A stretch of DNA of 64,000 nucleotides. Source: an uncultured Acidimicrobiaceae bacterium. GTDB taxonomy: Bacteria; Actinomycetota; Acidimicrobiia; Acidimicrobiales; SZUA-35. Below are positions 8,817 through 18,409 of the stretch, in pieces. The first letter of the stretch is position 1; every line of letters begins with the position of its first letter. The notes beneath the pieces were generated by a model. It saw nothing but the letters and a program-made list of their open reading frames with translations. It was not told the origin of the DNA and made no database searches. The position numbers were made by a program, and so were the translations under genes. Where the stretch lies: positions 65,045-129,044 of the forward strand of contig CAYGQE010000006.1 of NCBI GenBank assembly GCA_964351995.1. The letters run 5' to 3'.

Positions 8817-9931
8817 CAGACACACCCCTGAAGACCGAGGTCGCTGCATCGTTGAAGACCGAGGTCTCGTGGTTCAGCGCTCTGTGCGATGACGACTACG
8901 AATTCCTCGGCCAGCCAGACCCGAATCTGTTGAGCACGTTCGAGCATTGCCGCAACATCGTGATGACGGCCGAGCGCTACGGCTTTGACAACGTGCTGCT
9001 GCCGTCGGGCTACGCCCTTGGGATCGACAACACCACGTTCGCTGCCGGCATGGCCCCGCTCACCCAGAACATCCGCATGCTCCTCGCCATCCGCTGCGGA
9101 GAGATGGTCGTGCCCCAGGTCGCCCGCCAGATGGCGACGCTGGATCAGATGTTGGGTGGTCGTCTGACCATCAACATCATCTCCAGCGACGTGCCGGGCG
9201 AGACGCTCGAGAGTGAGCCTCGCTATCGCCGGAGCACCGAAATCATGTACTGCCTGCGTGAGTTGCTCGACGGTCGCCCGCTCGACTTCCAGGGCGACTT
9301 CATCAACCTGAAGGTCGATCCACCCCGAATCAAGACCGTGTCAGGCAAGAGCCCGCTGTTCTATTTCGGTGGTCTTTCACCAGCCGCACGGGAGTGTGCC
9401 GCCGCCGGCGCAGACGTTTTCCTCATGTGGCCTGACGTCACCGAGAAGGTGCTCGAGGTCAAAGCCGACATGGACGCTCGTGCCGCTGCCAAGGGCCGCT
9501 CGTTGAAATACGGGTGGCGCAGTCACGTGATCGTACGTGAGACCGAAGACGAGGCACGCGCCGCTGCCCGTCGCCTGCTCTCCAAGCTCGACGACGACGA
9601 AGGCAAAGCCATTCGCCAGCGCTCGCTCGACTCCGCCTCCGCCGGTGTTGCTCGCCAAGCCGAGCTCCGAGATGGCGCCGACGACGAGGGCTACGCCGAT
9701 CGTCATCTGTGGACTGGCGTTGGTCGTGCCCGCTCTGGTGCGGGTGCCGCAATTGTCGGCGACCCCGATCAGGTGCTCGGCAAGATCAAAGAACTCGAAG
9801 CAGCAGGGATGGGTGCTTTCATCCTGTCTGGCTACCCGCATGCGGCCGAGTGTGATCTGTTCGCTCGTTACGTGCTGCCTCAACTCGACCACGGTCGGCT
9901 CGAGTTCACACCACACCCGGTCGCCGTTTGA
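8813..9931 (+). CDS. LLM-class (luciferase-like) flavin-dependent monooxygenase, SsuD-like
   Basis: FDNVLLPSGY..., LTINIISSD and a TIM-barrel LLM profile. Overlaps the upstream gene by 4 nt. Confidence 0.85.
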   Translation: MTDTPLKTEVAASLKTEVSWFSALCDDDYEFLGQPDPNLLSTFEHCRNIVMTAERYGFDNVLLPSGYALGIDNTTFAAGMAPLTQNIRMLLAIRCGEMVVPQVARQMATLDQMLGGRLTINIISSDVPGETLESEPRYRRSTEIMYCLRELLDGRPLDFQGDFINLKVDPPRIKTVSGKSPLFYFGGLSPAARECAAAGADVFLMWPDVTEKVLEVKADMDARAAAKGRSLKYGWRSHVIVRETEDEARAAARRLLSKLDDDEGKAIRQRSLDSASAGVARQAELRDGADDEGYADRHLWTGVGRARSGAGAAIVGDPDQVLGKIKELEAAGMGAFILSGYPHAAECDLFARYVLPQLDHGRLEFTPHPVAV

Positions 9932-9966
9932 CGGGAAGCACGCCGTCGAGATGCTGGCGGAAGCCA

Positions 9967-10146
9967 TCACACTCGAGAGGGGACGGGGCCGGGCTCGTAT
10001 TGACGGCGGGACGACTTCCGGCTGATGGGTGTGATGAGGCCGTGTCGCTCCCACACGTGCAGCGTCGAGGCGGGCAGACCCGACGCCGCTGTGACGTCGC
10101 CGATGTCGATGGACGCCAGGTCGATCGATGAGTGGTCTCGACTCAT
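9967..10146 (-). CDS. MerR-type HTH-only mini protein (59 aa) or truncated MerR gene
   Basis: IGDVTAASGLPASTLHVWERHGLITP..R...RRQY matches the MerR N-terminal wHTH. No dimerisation helix or effector domain follows. The ATG overlaps the upstream stop (ATGA). Confidence 0.5.
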   Translation of the reverse strand: MSRDHSSIDLASIDIGDVTAASGLPASTLHVWERHGLITPISRKSSRRQYEPGPVPSRV

Positions 10147-10619
10147 GCTGGCCGCCGACCGAACCAGCGTCTGACCTGGTGGGCGTGGCTTTCGTAGTGC
10201 TCGTCGAAGGTCTGTCGCATGAGCCTCTCCTCGAAGGGGATGTACCAACGGTCAGCAGCAGCGAAGAAGATCGCTGGTGCCAAAACGCCTACCCACGATC
10301 CCAGCCCGATGGCCACTCCCGCCAGCAGGATCAGGAATCCGAGGTACATCGGATTGCGGGACCACCGGAAGAGACCGTCGATGACCAACTGGTTCGGTTG
10401 GCCGAAGGTGTTGATGCTGGTGCCTACCGCTTCAAAGCGCTTCGAGCCCCAGACGCTCATCGCTAGTCCGGCGATTGCCATGGGAATCCCGAACAGCCGC
10501 AGCACGTTGGGGACAGACGGCAATCCGAGAGCGAAGTGAAACGCAACGGCGGCGAGTGCGAGCAGAAGGACGAGGGCTGGAGGAAGAAGTCGTTGCATGC
10601 ACCGATCGAAACACCTCAA
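10143..10619 (-). CDS. Isoprenylcysteine carboxyl / phospholipid methyltransferase family membrane protein
   Basis: LVIDGLFRWSRNPMYLGFLILLAG motif and a multi-TM profile. Confidence 0.75.
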   Translation of the reverse strand: MRCFDRCMQRLLPPALVLLLALAAVAFHFALGLPSVPNVLRLFGIPMAIAGLAMSVWGSKRFEAVGTSINTFGQPNQLVIDGLFRWSRNPMYLGFLILLAGVAIGLGSWVGVLAPAIFFAAADRWYIPFEERLMRQTFDEHYESHAHQVRRWFGRRPA

Positions 10620-10666
10620 CCCCAGTTGAGCGCAAGTGTCGGCGTCGGCCTGGCTGCCTCCGTCAT

Positions 10667-12307
10667 CTATCGGAGGGTGACCGTGCCTTCTGGGGCAACA
10701 GCGATCCAGGTCCGGCCCGGTGCCAACAGGACTTCAGCCCCATTTGCGTCGCGGTAGACAATGCGATCGGTGGCCTTCGTTCGGCTCCAGGTGCCTTCGA
10801 TGAGGTTGCCGCCGGTGTAGATGTAGGCCACACCTGATCCGACCGTGATGGCCTCGGGCGACTCAGCATCCGCGCCGCTGATGCCGTAGGGCGTGATCTG
10901 CACGATCACGTTCGGGGGAGCAACCGCGATGCCCGCATCGTCGAAATGGACGGTGCCATCCTGATTGCGGAGCCAACCGGCACCATTCCATCGGTACGTG
11001 ACCTGCGTGTTGCCCCAGTCGATGTCCACGCCAGCCGCACGTTGCCCGGCCGCGGCGGCGCCGACCTCGCGGTATCGCATCAGTTGTGGAGGAGTGTCGG
11101 CAACGCCTGCGCCGTAGCTGTAGAGCGTGGTTGGGCGGGCAAACAAGTTGTGGGGCGCACGCCGGCCGTCGACCCGGAAATAGCCATCGGCCACGAGCGC
11201 ATTGACGTTGACAACAGGGGCGGTGGCCAGGGCATTCAACACGCCGCTGTTGGCGCCGGAAGCGCCGAAGAGCGGAACGTTGAGCTGAGAGATCAGAGGA
11301 ATGTCGCCGGTGCGGGCTGACCGGACCGGGCCCACCTGGGCAGGAATCTGCTCGTGGAACGTGGCGGCCAGGCGGGTGATGGAACCCTCGACGAGTTCCT
11401 CCCACACGATGTCGGCCTGGTTGATGCCCGCCTGCGGACGCGCTCGGGAATGGTTGTCGATCTTGAGGACAAGGGCGGGCCGAGTCACGTCGGATCGGCT
11501 TGCCTCACCGGTCAGAGGCAACGTGGCGGGGAACATTGCCTCGATGCGTTGGCCGTACTCATCAGATTTCAAGAAGTTGGCGATGGCGAGCCCGTAGCCG
11601 GGCCCGTTCTCGATGAAATCGGCCCAGAACACGAGGCCGCCGGGTTCGGGGCTTCGGCGCAGCATGCCGAGGTAGAGCATCGTGGCTCTGACGGTGCCGC
11701 TGGTCTGGGCGACGTATTCAGGTGATTCGGAGAACTCCGCCATCATGGCGCCGCGGCTGAGCCCATTGTTGAGTCGGCGCAGCCAGAACGTGCGGCCTCC
11801 GGCGTCGGCGTTGCGATCGAAAACGTTGCGATAGACGAGGTCGACGAAGGCGTCGTCGGTCAGCGACCCGTAGGTCGCTTCGAACTCCGCCGAGCGTGCG
11901 AACTCGCCGCTGATACCAGCGAGCGGCATGCCGTTGCGGAACTGTCCGGCCCAGAACTGCAAACCGCCGAAGTCAGGGCTGCGTCTGAAGTGGGCGGTAT
12001 AGAGGCGGACGACCGGGGCGACCGAGTCGCCGAACTCGGGTTGCGACACCATGAACTCGACGAGGCCACCGGGGTTGATGCCTGTCCTCAGTCGGTTCGA
12101 CCAGAACTCGAGCCCGCCAGCGTCGGGGTCTCGGGCCAAAAAGTCTCGGTATTGCTGGGTGACGAACTCTTCGGGGTTGGGGAACTCGAGTACATCTTCT
12201 TCCGCGCCGGCGGAGACAGGAACCAGCACAGTGGACAGCAGGCTGGCCAGGAGCGCAACCACGACAAGAGCGGGAACTCGGAGCTGTTGTCGCGAGCTGG
12301 AACGCAT
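10667..12307 (-). CDS. Secreted DUF4214-repeat / DUF3048-domain protein
   Basis: Signal peptide. Repeated Y/F..FLARDPDAGGLEFW-type units (DUF4214-like) are followed by LVLKIDNHSRARPQAGINQADIVWEELVEG (DUF3048-like). Confidence 0.7.
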   Translation of the reverse strand: MRSSSRQQLRVPALVVVALLASLLSTVLVPVSAGAEEDVLEFPNPEEFVTQQYRDFLARDPDAGGLEFWSNRLRTGINPGGLVEFMVSQPEFGDSVAPVVRLYTAHFRRSPDFGGLQFWAGQFRNGMPLAGISGEFARSAEFEATYGSLTDDAFVDLVYRNVFDRNADAGGRTFWLRRLNNGLSRGAMMAEFSESPEYVAQTSGTVRATMLYLGMLRRSPEPGGLVFWADFIENGPGYGLAIANFLKSDEYGQRIEAMFPATLPLTGEASRSDVTRPALVLKIDNHSRARPQAGINQADIVWEELVEGSITRLAATFHEQIPAQVGPVRSARTGDIPLISQLNVPLFGASGANSGVLNALATAPVVNVNALVADGYFRVDGRRAPHNLFARPTTLYSYGAGVADTPPQLMRYREVGAAAAGQRAAGVDIDWGNTQVTYRWNGAGWLRNQDGTVHFDDAGIAVAPPNVIVQITPYGISGADAESPEAITVGSGVAYIYTGGNLIEGTWSRTKATDRIVYRDANGAEVLLAPGRTWIAVAPEGTVTLR

Positions 12308-12439
12308 GGAGACTCGATTCGAACATCGATCGGCGGGGCCACGGACCGTAGTGGCTGACCACCCAACATCAAAGGGAGACCATCACCCGCCAACTTGGGA
12401 GGGGTCAGGAACGGCGAAGCCGTTGCCAGCCTCCCAACC

Positions 12440-13576
12440 TCAGATGCGGAGCGCTCGGAGAGATGCGATCGCCGCGGGGACGGCTGAACAGGCGGCATCG
12501 ACATCGGCGGCTGTCGTTTGCCAGCCAACCGAGAGGCGCAACGAATGGTCGGCGGCCACGCCCATGGCCGCCAGCACCGGTGAAGGTTCGAAATCTTCCG
12601 ATGCACATGCCGAGCCGGAGTGAGCGGCGATCCCTGCTTGATCGAGCGCGATCACAATGGCTTGTGGTTCGACATCGGCGAGTCCAACACACACCAAGTG
12701 GGGGAGCCGGTGGTCGGGGTCCTCGGGGCCGAACACTTCCACGCCCTCGATGGAGGCGAACATCTCTCGAAGTCGATCGGTTGCGACTCGTGCCGCTGCC
12801 ACTTCTGTCTGCCACGTGTCGGCCAGCTCGGCACACGCAGCGCCAAGCCCGACCGCAGCGACCGTGTTCTCCAGGCCGGCGCGACGCGCCCGTTCCTGAG
12901 CACCACCAACGAACAGCGGTTCAACTCGCAGACCCCGCTTCACCAACAGGGCGCCGCTGCCAGCGGGGCCGCCCAGCTTGTGGCCTGACATCGCAACGAA
13001 CGCAGCGCCGGAGCTCTTGAAATCGAAGGCGACTCGCCCGAAGGCCTGTGCGCCGTCGACCAGCAGCGCAACGTTGCGCTCGGTACACAGGCTGCTCACT
13101 GTCTCGATGTCCTGAAAGGCGCCGACTTCGTGATTGCCGATTTGGCACACCACCAAGCTGACCTCGTTCCCGGCGCCGTGTTCGTGGTCGATGGCTTCGG
13201 CGATTGCTGCAGGATCCACCCGGCCGAATCGGTCGATCGGCACCATTCGGTGGGCGGTTCGTTCTGCGGTCAATCGCACCGCTGAGTGCTCCGCAGCGCT
13301 GAAGATGACGACCCCCGGTGTCTGCTCGGTTTGACCCCAGATCGCCATGGTGATTGCCTCGGTCGCCGATGACGTGAAAATCACCTCACGCGGTCGAGCG
13401 CCAACGAAGTCGGCGACCGAGACGCGAGCCAGCTCGAGTTGATGGCGCACCGTGAGCCCCTCGGTGTGCATTCGGCCGGGGTCGGCGGCTGGCACATCGA
13501 GTGACTGTTGCATAGCCAGTCGGGCGATCGGACGCAGCCGTGAGGTCGAGGCGGTGTCGAAATAGTGACGTGACAT
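12440..13576 (-). CDS. Cysteine desulfurase / class V aminotransferase (NifS/IscS-like)
   Basis: PLP-lysine motif SGHKLGGPAGSGALLV. The C-terminal HSGSACAS holds the catalytic Cys. ATG at 13576 is preferred. Confidence 0.85.
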   Translation of the reverse strand: MSRHYFDTASTSRLRPIARLAMQQSLDVPAADPGRMHTEGLTVRHQLELARVSVADFVGARPREVIFTSSATEAITMAIWGQTEQTPGVVIFSAAEHSAVRLTAERTAHRMVPIDRFGRVDPAAIAEAIDHEHGAGNEVSLVVCQIGNHEVGAFQDIETVSSLCTERNVALLVDGAQAFGRVAFDFKSSGAAFVAMSGHKLGGPAGSGALLVKRGLRVEPLFVGGAQERARRAGLENTVAAVGLGAACAELADTWQTEVAAARVATDRLREMFASIEGVEVFGPEDPDHRLPHLVCVGLADVEPQAIVIALDQAGIAAHSGSACASEDFEPSPVLAAMGVAADHSLRLSVGWQTTAADVDAACSAVPAAIASLRALRI

Positions 13577-13699
13577 GTGAGCCTTGCTCTCTCGGCCCGC
13601 GGTTGAGGCCACCACCGGGCAGCTCGGTAGTCTACGCCCACCCCTTCGTCAGAGGCTTGAGCGCGTGCTTCCGGCGGATCGACCCCTCTCAGGAGCACC

Positions 13700-14839
13700 G
13701 TGGCAATCACCAACGATGATGTGATCGAAGTCCTTCGACCTGTGGAAGACCCCGAGCTGCACCGCAGCATCGTGGATCTCGGCATGGTTCGGCGGGTTGA
13801 CATCGCACTGCCTTCGGTGACCGTTGCCATTGACCTCACCATCGCCGGCTGCCCGCTGCGAGCTGAGATCAACAATCGCGTGGCCGGTGCGGTCAAGGCG
13901 CTCGACGGCGTCGAAGACGTCAACATCGAGTTCGGTGTCATGACCGACGAGCAGCGTGCTGCGCTGCGCCAGAACCTCCACGGCGACCCCGGCTCAACCG
14001 CTGGATCCACTCAAGCTCACGGTCACGCTGAAGGCCGAGCTGTTCCGTTCGCCCAGGCCGACAGCAACACGCGCGTCATCTTGGTGGCGTCCGGCAAGGG
14101 TGGCGTCGGCAAGAGCTCGGTCACCACCAACTTGTCGGTTGCGCTCGCCGCTCGTGGCAAGAAAGTCGCCATTGTCGACGCTGACGTCTGGGGCTTCTCG
14201 ATTCCCCGCATGCTCGGCATCGACCGTGATCCCGTGATCATCGACGAGATGATCGTGCCGCCCGAAGCGCACGGCGTGCGCTGCATCTCGATGGGTTTCT
14301 TCGTCGAAGAGAACCAGCCCGTGATCTGGCGTGGCCCGATGCTCCACAAAGCACTCGAGCAGTTTCTCACCGATGTGTTCTGGGACGAGCCCGACTATCT
14401 CGTGGTCGACCTCCCGCCGGGCACGGGCGACATTGCGCTGTCCATCGCACAGTTCTTGCCTCGTGGCGAGATGATTGTGGTCACCACTCCGCAGCCGGCC
14501 GCTCAGCGTGTTGCCCAGCGGGCCGCCTACATGGCGCACAAGGTCAACATCAACGTGACGGGTGTGATCGAAAATATGAGCTGGTTCACCGGCGATGACG
14601 GCAAGAAATACGAGCTGTTCGGGGCCGGCGGTGGTGCAGAACTGGCCGCCGATCTCGACGTGCCGCTGCTCGGCCAGGTGCCGCTGGTCTCTGACCTTCG
14701 CGAAGGCTCCGACACCGGCAACCCGATCGCCGCTGATGTCGAGACCGAGTCGGCCAAGGTGTTCGCTGCGCTCGCCGAGAAGCTTGATGTCGAGATGGCG
14801 CCCAAGCGGCGCTACCGCTCAGAGCTCAAAGTCATCTAG
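13700..14839 (+). CDS. Mrp/NBP35/ApbC Fe-S cluster carrier ATPase with N-terminal DUF59 domain
   Basis: DUF59-like VEDPELHRSIVDLGMV followed by deviant Walker A SGKGGVGKSS. Confidence 0.9.
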   Translation: MAITNDDVIEVLRPVEDPELHRSIVDLGMVRRVDIALPSVTVAIDLTIAGCPLRAEINNRVAGAVKALDGVEDVNIEFGVMTDEQRAALRQNLHGDPGSTAGSTQAHGHAEGRAVPFAQADSNTRVILVASGKGGVGKSSVTTNLSVALAARGKKVAIVDADVWGFSIPRMLGIDRDPVIIDEMIVPPEAHGVRCISMGFFVEENQPVIWRGPMLHKALEQFLTDVFWDEPDYLVVDLPPGTGDIALSIAQFLPRGEMIVVTTPQPAAQRVAQRAAYMAHKVNINVTGVIENMSWFTGDDGKKYELFGAGGGAELAADLDVPLLGQVPLVSDLREGSDTGNPIAADVETESAKVFAALAEKLDVEMAPKRRYRSELKVI

Positions 14840-14966
14840 CAGCACCGTCGTCTCGACGGACGGTCATCCAAGCGACCAGGCCATCTCGCCCTTCAACCAT
14901 TCAGCTCACCGATCGAGATCACGGGCTCGCTAGCCTCACGCCGATCGCAACAACTCAGGAGTCATC

Positions 14967-15200
14967 GTGGACGTAAGAATCGGTATCGCCGACAGCCCCC
15001 AGATCATTGAAGTCGACATGTCGGATGAGACCGATCGAGATGCGCTCAAAGCAACCGTGAATGCGGTGCTTGCCGGCACGACTCCGGTCCTCACCCTGGA
15101 AGATCGCAAGGGCAAAGAGCTCAACGTTCCCGGTAGCCGGGTGTCGTTCATCGAGATCGGTGCGGCGGACGCAGAGCGCAAAATCGGTTTCGGCGCCTGA
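14967..15200 (+). CDS. DUF3107 domain protein
   Basis: MDVRIGIADSPQIIEV....LTLEDRKGKELNVPGSRVSFIEIG matches the conserved actinobacterial DUF3107 pattern. Confidence 0.8.
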   Translation: MDVRIGIADSPQIIEVDMSDETDRDALKATVNAVLAGTTPVLTLEDRKGKELNVPGSRVSFIEIGAADAERKIGFGA

Positions 15201-15296
15201 TCGCTGCTGTCCAACAGCGGGGCCGCTCAAGCCATTCTGCGGTTCGGGCGGCGCTGCGATCCGACAATTCAGCGGCGCTGACGTCATGATCTTGCC

Positions 15297-16157
15297 GTGC
15301 TGAGACCCCTCACGATCGTCGCAGGAAAAGGTGGGGTCGGCCGATCGACCACGGCGGCGGCGCTGGCGTTGAACGCTGGCGTAGCCGGGAAGAAGGTGTT
15401 GGCCGTCGATGCCACCAGCGATGGTGGCCTTCGTGCTGCCTTGGCCACGGCGCATGCGGCCGAGCGCAGCACCGTAGAACTCCTCGAGCTCACCACAGAT
15501 GAGGCGCTCGACGAGTACCTCAAGCTGTACCTGAAGGTCCCGATCCCGCCGTCTCGACTGGGCCCGATCGCTCGGATCTTCGACTACGTGGCCATGGCAG
15601 CCCCCGGCGTGCGGGAGATCCTCACAATCGGCAAGATTGCCAATGAGGTCCGCCGAGGCGGGTGGGACGCCGTTGTGGTCGACGCTCCGGCCACCGGGCA
15701 CGTGATCGAGCTGCTCGCAGCTCCCGAAACGCTGCAAGAACTCGTCAAGGTCGGGCCACTCACCGAGCAGACCCAGTGGATCTCTGACCTGCTCCGGAAC
15801 CCTGCGATCAGCGGTGTCGTCACCGTCACGACGTCGGAAGCCCTGCCGGTCAGCGAGTCGCTCGAACTGCTCGAGCGACTGATCGAGACTACGCAGGTCG
15901 ACCCCATCGGGTTCGTCGTCAACCGGCTCCCCGATCTTCTCGACGAGGCCGGTTATGCCGAGGCCGAGCGACTGCTCGACACCCTGTCGGCCGATGATCC
16001 ACTGGCCCGGGCGGTTGGCACCGTTGCCCACCGATCAGCGGCCGCTGTCACCGAGCTCGATCGGTTGTCTGATCTCGATCTGGGGCTGACCTGGGTACCA
16101 GAGTCAGCCGAGCCATTGGCCGCCGTTCGTTCGGCTCTCGCCGAGGTCGACGCATGA
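15297..16157 (+). CDS. ArsA/Get3-like P-loop ATPase (first of pair)
   Basis: P-loop AGKGGVGRST and DAPATGH switch motif. Confidence 0.75.
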   Translation: MLRPLTIVAGKGGVGRSTTAAALALNAGVAGKKVLAVDATSDGGLRAALATAHAAERSTVELLELTTDEALDEYLKLYLKVPIPPSRLGPIARIFDYVAMAAPGVREILTIGKIANEVRRGGWDAVVVDAPATGHVIELLAAPETLQELVKVGPLTEQTQWISDLLRNPAISGVVTVTTSEALPVSESLELLERLIETTQVDPIGFVVNRLPDLLDEAGYAEAERLLDTLSADDPLARAVGTVAHRSAAAVTELDRLSDLDLGLTWVPESAEPLAAVRSALAEVDA

Positions 16158-17209
16158 GCAAGAAGAAGCCCAAGAACGAGACACAGAGTTCGGTTGACGA
16201 ACTTCTCGCCACTGCCAGCGTCTTGTTGGTGGCCGGTCCCGGGGGAGTGGGCAAGACCACGCTGTCGGCATCGCTTGCGGCCCGGGCCGCTCGGGACCAT
16301 GGCCGACGGGCCCTCGTGGTCACGGTCGACCCCGCCAGGCGCCTCGCCGATGCGCTCAGCATTTCGGCCTCCGACGAGGCCATGTTGGTGCCTGTGGGCG
16401 ATGGCGACGGCAGGCTCTGGGCCCGCATGATCGACATGTCGTCGAGCTGGGATGAGCTCGTGGAGCGGACCGCTCCCGATGTCGAGACAGCGGATGCGCT
16501 GCTGCGAAATCGTCTTTACCGTACGCTCACGCAACGGTTCGTGCAGAGCCACGACTACATCGCGCTCGACCATCTCGTTGACCTTGCTGCTGATCGTCGC
16601 TACGACCTTGTCGTGGTTGACACGCCGCCGTCGGTGCACGCCCTCGACATCCTCGATGCGCCCGACAAGATGGCCGACTTCTTCGGCAGCCGCCTGCTGC
16701 GCTGGTTGATTGCCCCCTACGGCAGCCGAGTGGTGCAGGTCGCAGCCAAGCCGTTCCTCAGCGTTGCTGAACGCTTGCTCGGTGGGCCGTTCCTGTCTGA
16801 GATCACTGAGTTCTTCTGGTTGTTCTCCAAGTTGCAGGACGAGTTCGCCGACCGGCTCGATGTTGTGCGGCGCCAGCTCGCCGACCCGTCCACCAGCTAT
16901 CTCGTTGTGCACACGCCCGAGGCCATCCCGACCCAGCGAGCCGATGCCCTCATCGCCGAGCTTGCCCGCCGCGGTCACGCCGCATCGCTGCGATTGGTCA
17001 ACCGAGCGCTCGATCGGGACATCGCTGATCTCGATGGCCGACTCGACGAGATCGAGAATCCTGACTTGCGAGACGCCGTGGCCGACATCTCCGCTGCTGC
17101 CGCCCGCCAACTGGCCGATCGCGATGGGGCAGTGCCGTCGTTCTACGTCGGCAACAGCGACGTGCCGATCGAGAACGTGAACGTTTTGGCCGATCTTCTC
17201 GATTCCTGA
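16154..17209 (+). CDS. ArsA/Get3-like P-loop ATPase (second of pair)
   Basis: P-loop GPGGVGKTT and VVDTPPS motif. Overlaps the first ATPase gene by 4 nt. Confidence 0.75.
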   Translation: MSKKKPKNETQSSVDELLATASVLLVAGPGGVGKTTLSASLAARAARDHGRRALVVTVDPARRLADALSISASDEAMLVPVGDGDGRLWARMIDMSSSWDELVERTAPDVETADALLRNRLYRTLTQRFVQSHDYIALDHLVDLAADRRYDLVVVDTPPSVHALDILDAPDKMADFFGSRLLRWLIAPYGSRVVQVAAKPFLSVAERLLGGPFLSEITEFFWLFSKLQDEFADRLDVVRRQLADPSTSYLVVHTPEAIPTQRADALIAELARRGHAASLRLVNRALDRDIADLDGRLDEIENPDLRDAVADISAAAARQLADRDGAVPSFYVGNSDVPIENVNVLADLLDS

Positions 17210-17240
17210 CCGCCTCGCTGGGGTTGTGGCCGGGACAAAA

Positions 17241-17271
17241 AGGAGTCGCAAAGCGCTCCGGTCTGACTCCT
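17241..17271 (-). terminator. Putative intrinsic terminator after the hydrolase gene
   Basis: AGGAGTC/GACTCCT inverted repeat. On the minus-strand RNA it is followed by UUUUUGUCC. Confidence 0.45.
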
Positions 17272-17286
17272 CCCAAGTTGGCGGGG

Positions 17287-17943
17287 TCAGTCGTCGTGTT
17301 CGATGCGGGAGAACGCGGTCAACACCGCGACGAACGGCTCGAGGAAATCGGCGAAGGCGTCGTCGGTCGGCTCGGGGCTACCGCCGACGAGGATGGCGTC
17401 GGGAATGATGTCGAGTAACTCGAACACCGTTGCTCGCTGGTGAACCTTGTTCTCGGGAAGCGAGGGATAGATCACGACCTCGTGCGCGAGATCGGCGAGC
17501 TCGTCGCCCGTGGCCCCGCGGATGGGAAAGCCTTCCAGAAGCGCAACGGCGGCATCATCGTCGTGGGTGTCGGCGATGATGACCCTGGCGAGCTCATCGA
17601 CGACCGGGTCGCCAGCCGTCGCTGGCCAACACAGCATGGTTCGAGCCACGAGCTCGGGTCGATCCAGCACGAGGCGCATGGCTGCGCTGCATCCGTTCGA
17701 CCCAGCGACAAGGGCAACCCGTTGAAGGCCCGCAGTCTCGATTGTTGCTGCGAGAGCTTCGGCTTCTCCAATCCACGACGTGGGCTCGGCGGGCCGCTCG
17801 TGCACGACCACCTCGACGCCGCCCTTGCTCAGAGCGCCGGCAACACCCGTAGCGACCCAGAAGTCCGCAGCGGTCATGAGGGGGTCGTCGTACAAGCCGC
17901 CGGGAACCAGAACGATCGGCAGCAGCTCGGGCAGGTGCATCAT
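17287..17943 (-). CDS. Alpha/beta-fold hydrolase-like protein
   Basis: LVPGG...VALVAGSNGC nucleophile-elbow-like motif. The internal ATG at 17943 is preferred because the upstream part of the 300-aa ORF has low complexity. Confidence 0.6.
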   Translation of the reverse strand: MMHLPELLPIVLVPGGLYDDPLMTAADFWVATGVAGALSKGGVEVVVHERPAEPTSWIGEAEALAATIETAGLQRVALVAGSNGCSAAMRLVLDRPELVARTMLCWPATAGDPVVDELARVIIADTHDDDAAVALLEGFPIRGATGDELADLAHEVVIYPSLPENKVHQRATVFELLDIIPDAILVGGSPEPTDDAFADFLEPFVAVLTAFSRIEHDD

Positions 17944-18031
17944 GTCCGGATTGTCGCAGGGCCCAGTCGTCCCCAGATGGATGCCTCGAACTGGGCCGAC
18001 GGCTGCGTTGTCTGCATCCCGGCTCGGTGCC

Positions 18032-18409
18032 ATGCTGGCGCCGATGCCAGACGCCCCGACCTCCTCGCTGCTCGAATGGTTTGCTGAACACGAACCCGAG
18101 CACACACATCGCGCTGGGTCGCTTGTCTTTGTCGACCTGGCAGCGATCGGGCCTGTCATCGACCGCGCCGAAGCGGCGGGAATGTCCATCCGGCAGGCTC
18201 GAGGCTTCGCTGTCGTTGACGACCTGGCCCGACCCGTCCAGGGTCAGCAGCTTGAACCAACGGTCGACGCCCTGCTCGACTGCGAGACGCCCAGCGGGTC
18301 GACCTGCGGCGCCGTCCGACGGGCATTGCGCGGCGTCTGGGCGGCCAACCCGCCAAGCGTCGGGCGCCACATGGTGTTGCTGACCTTCGATGACAACGGC
18401 GCCGTTTGA
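18032..18409 (+). CDS. Hypothetical protein (125 aa) translationally coupled to the PdtaS-like kinase
   Basis: Coding-like third-position GC bias. The TGA stop overlaps the ATG of the kinase (TGATG). I recognise no family. Confidence 0.5.
   Translation: MLAPMPDAPTSSLLEWFAEHEPEHTHRAGSLVFVDLAAIGPVIDRAEAAGMSIRQARGFAVVDDLARPVQGQQLEPTVDALLDCETPSGSTCGAVRRALRGVWAANPPSVGRHMVLLTFDDNGAV

Noticed and set aside
14955-17251. 358-aa and 432-aa minus-strand ORFs opposite the ArsA-like genes
   Set aside because: Antisense shadows. The plus-strand genes carry P-loops and conserved family motifs, and the minus-strand translations are low-complexity.
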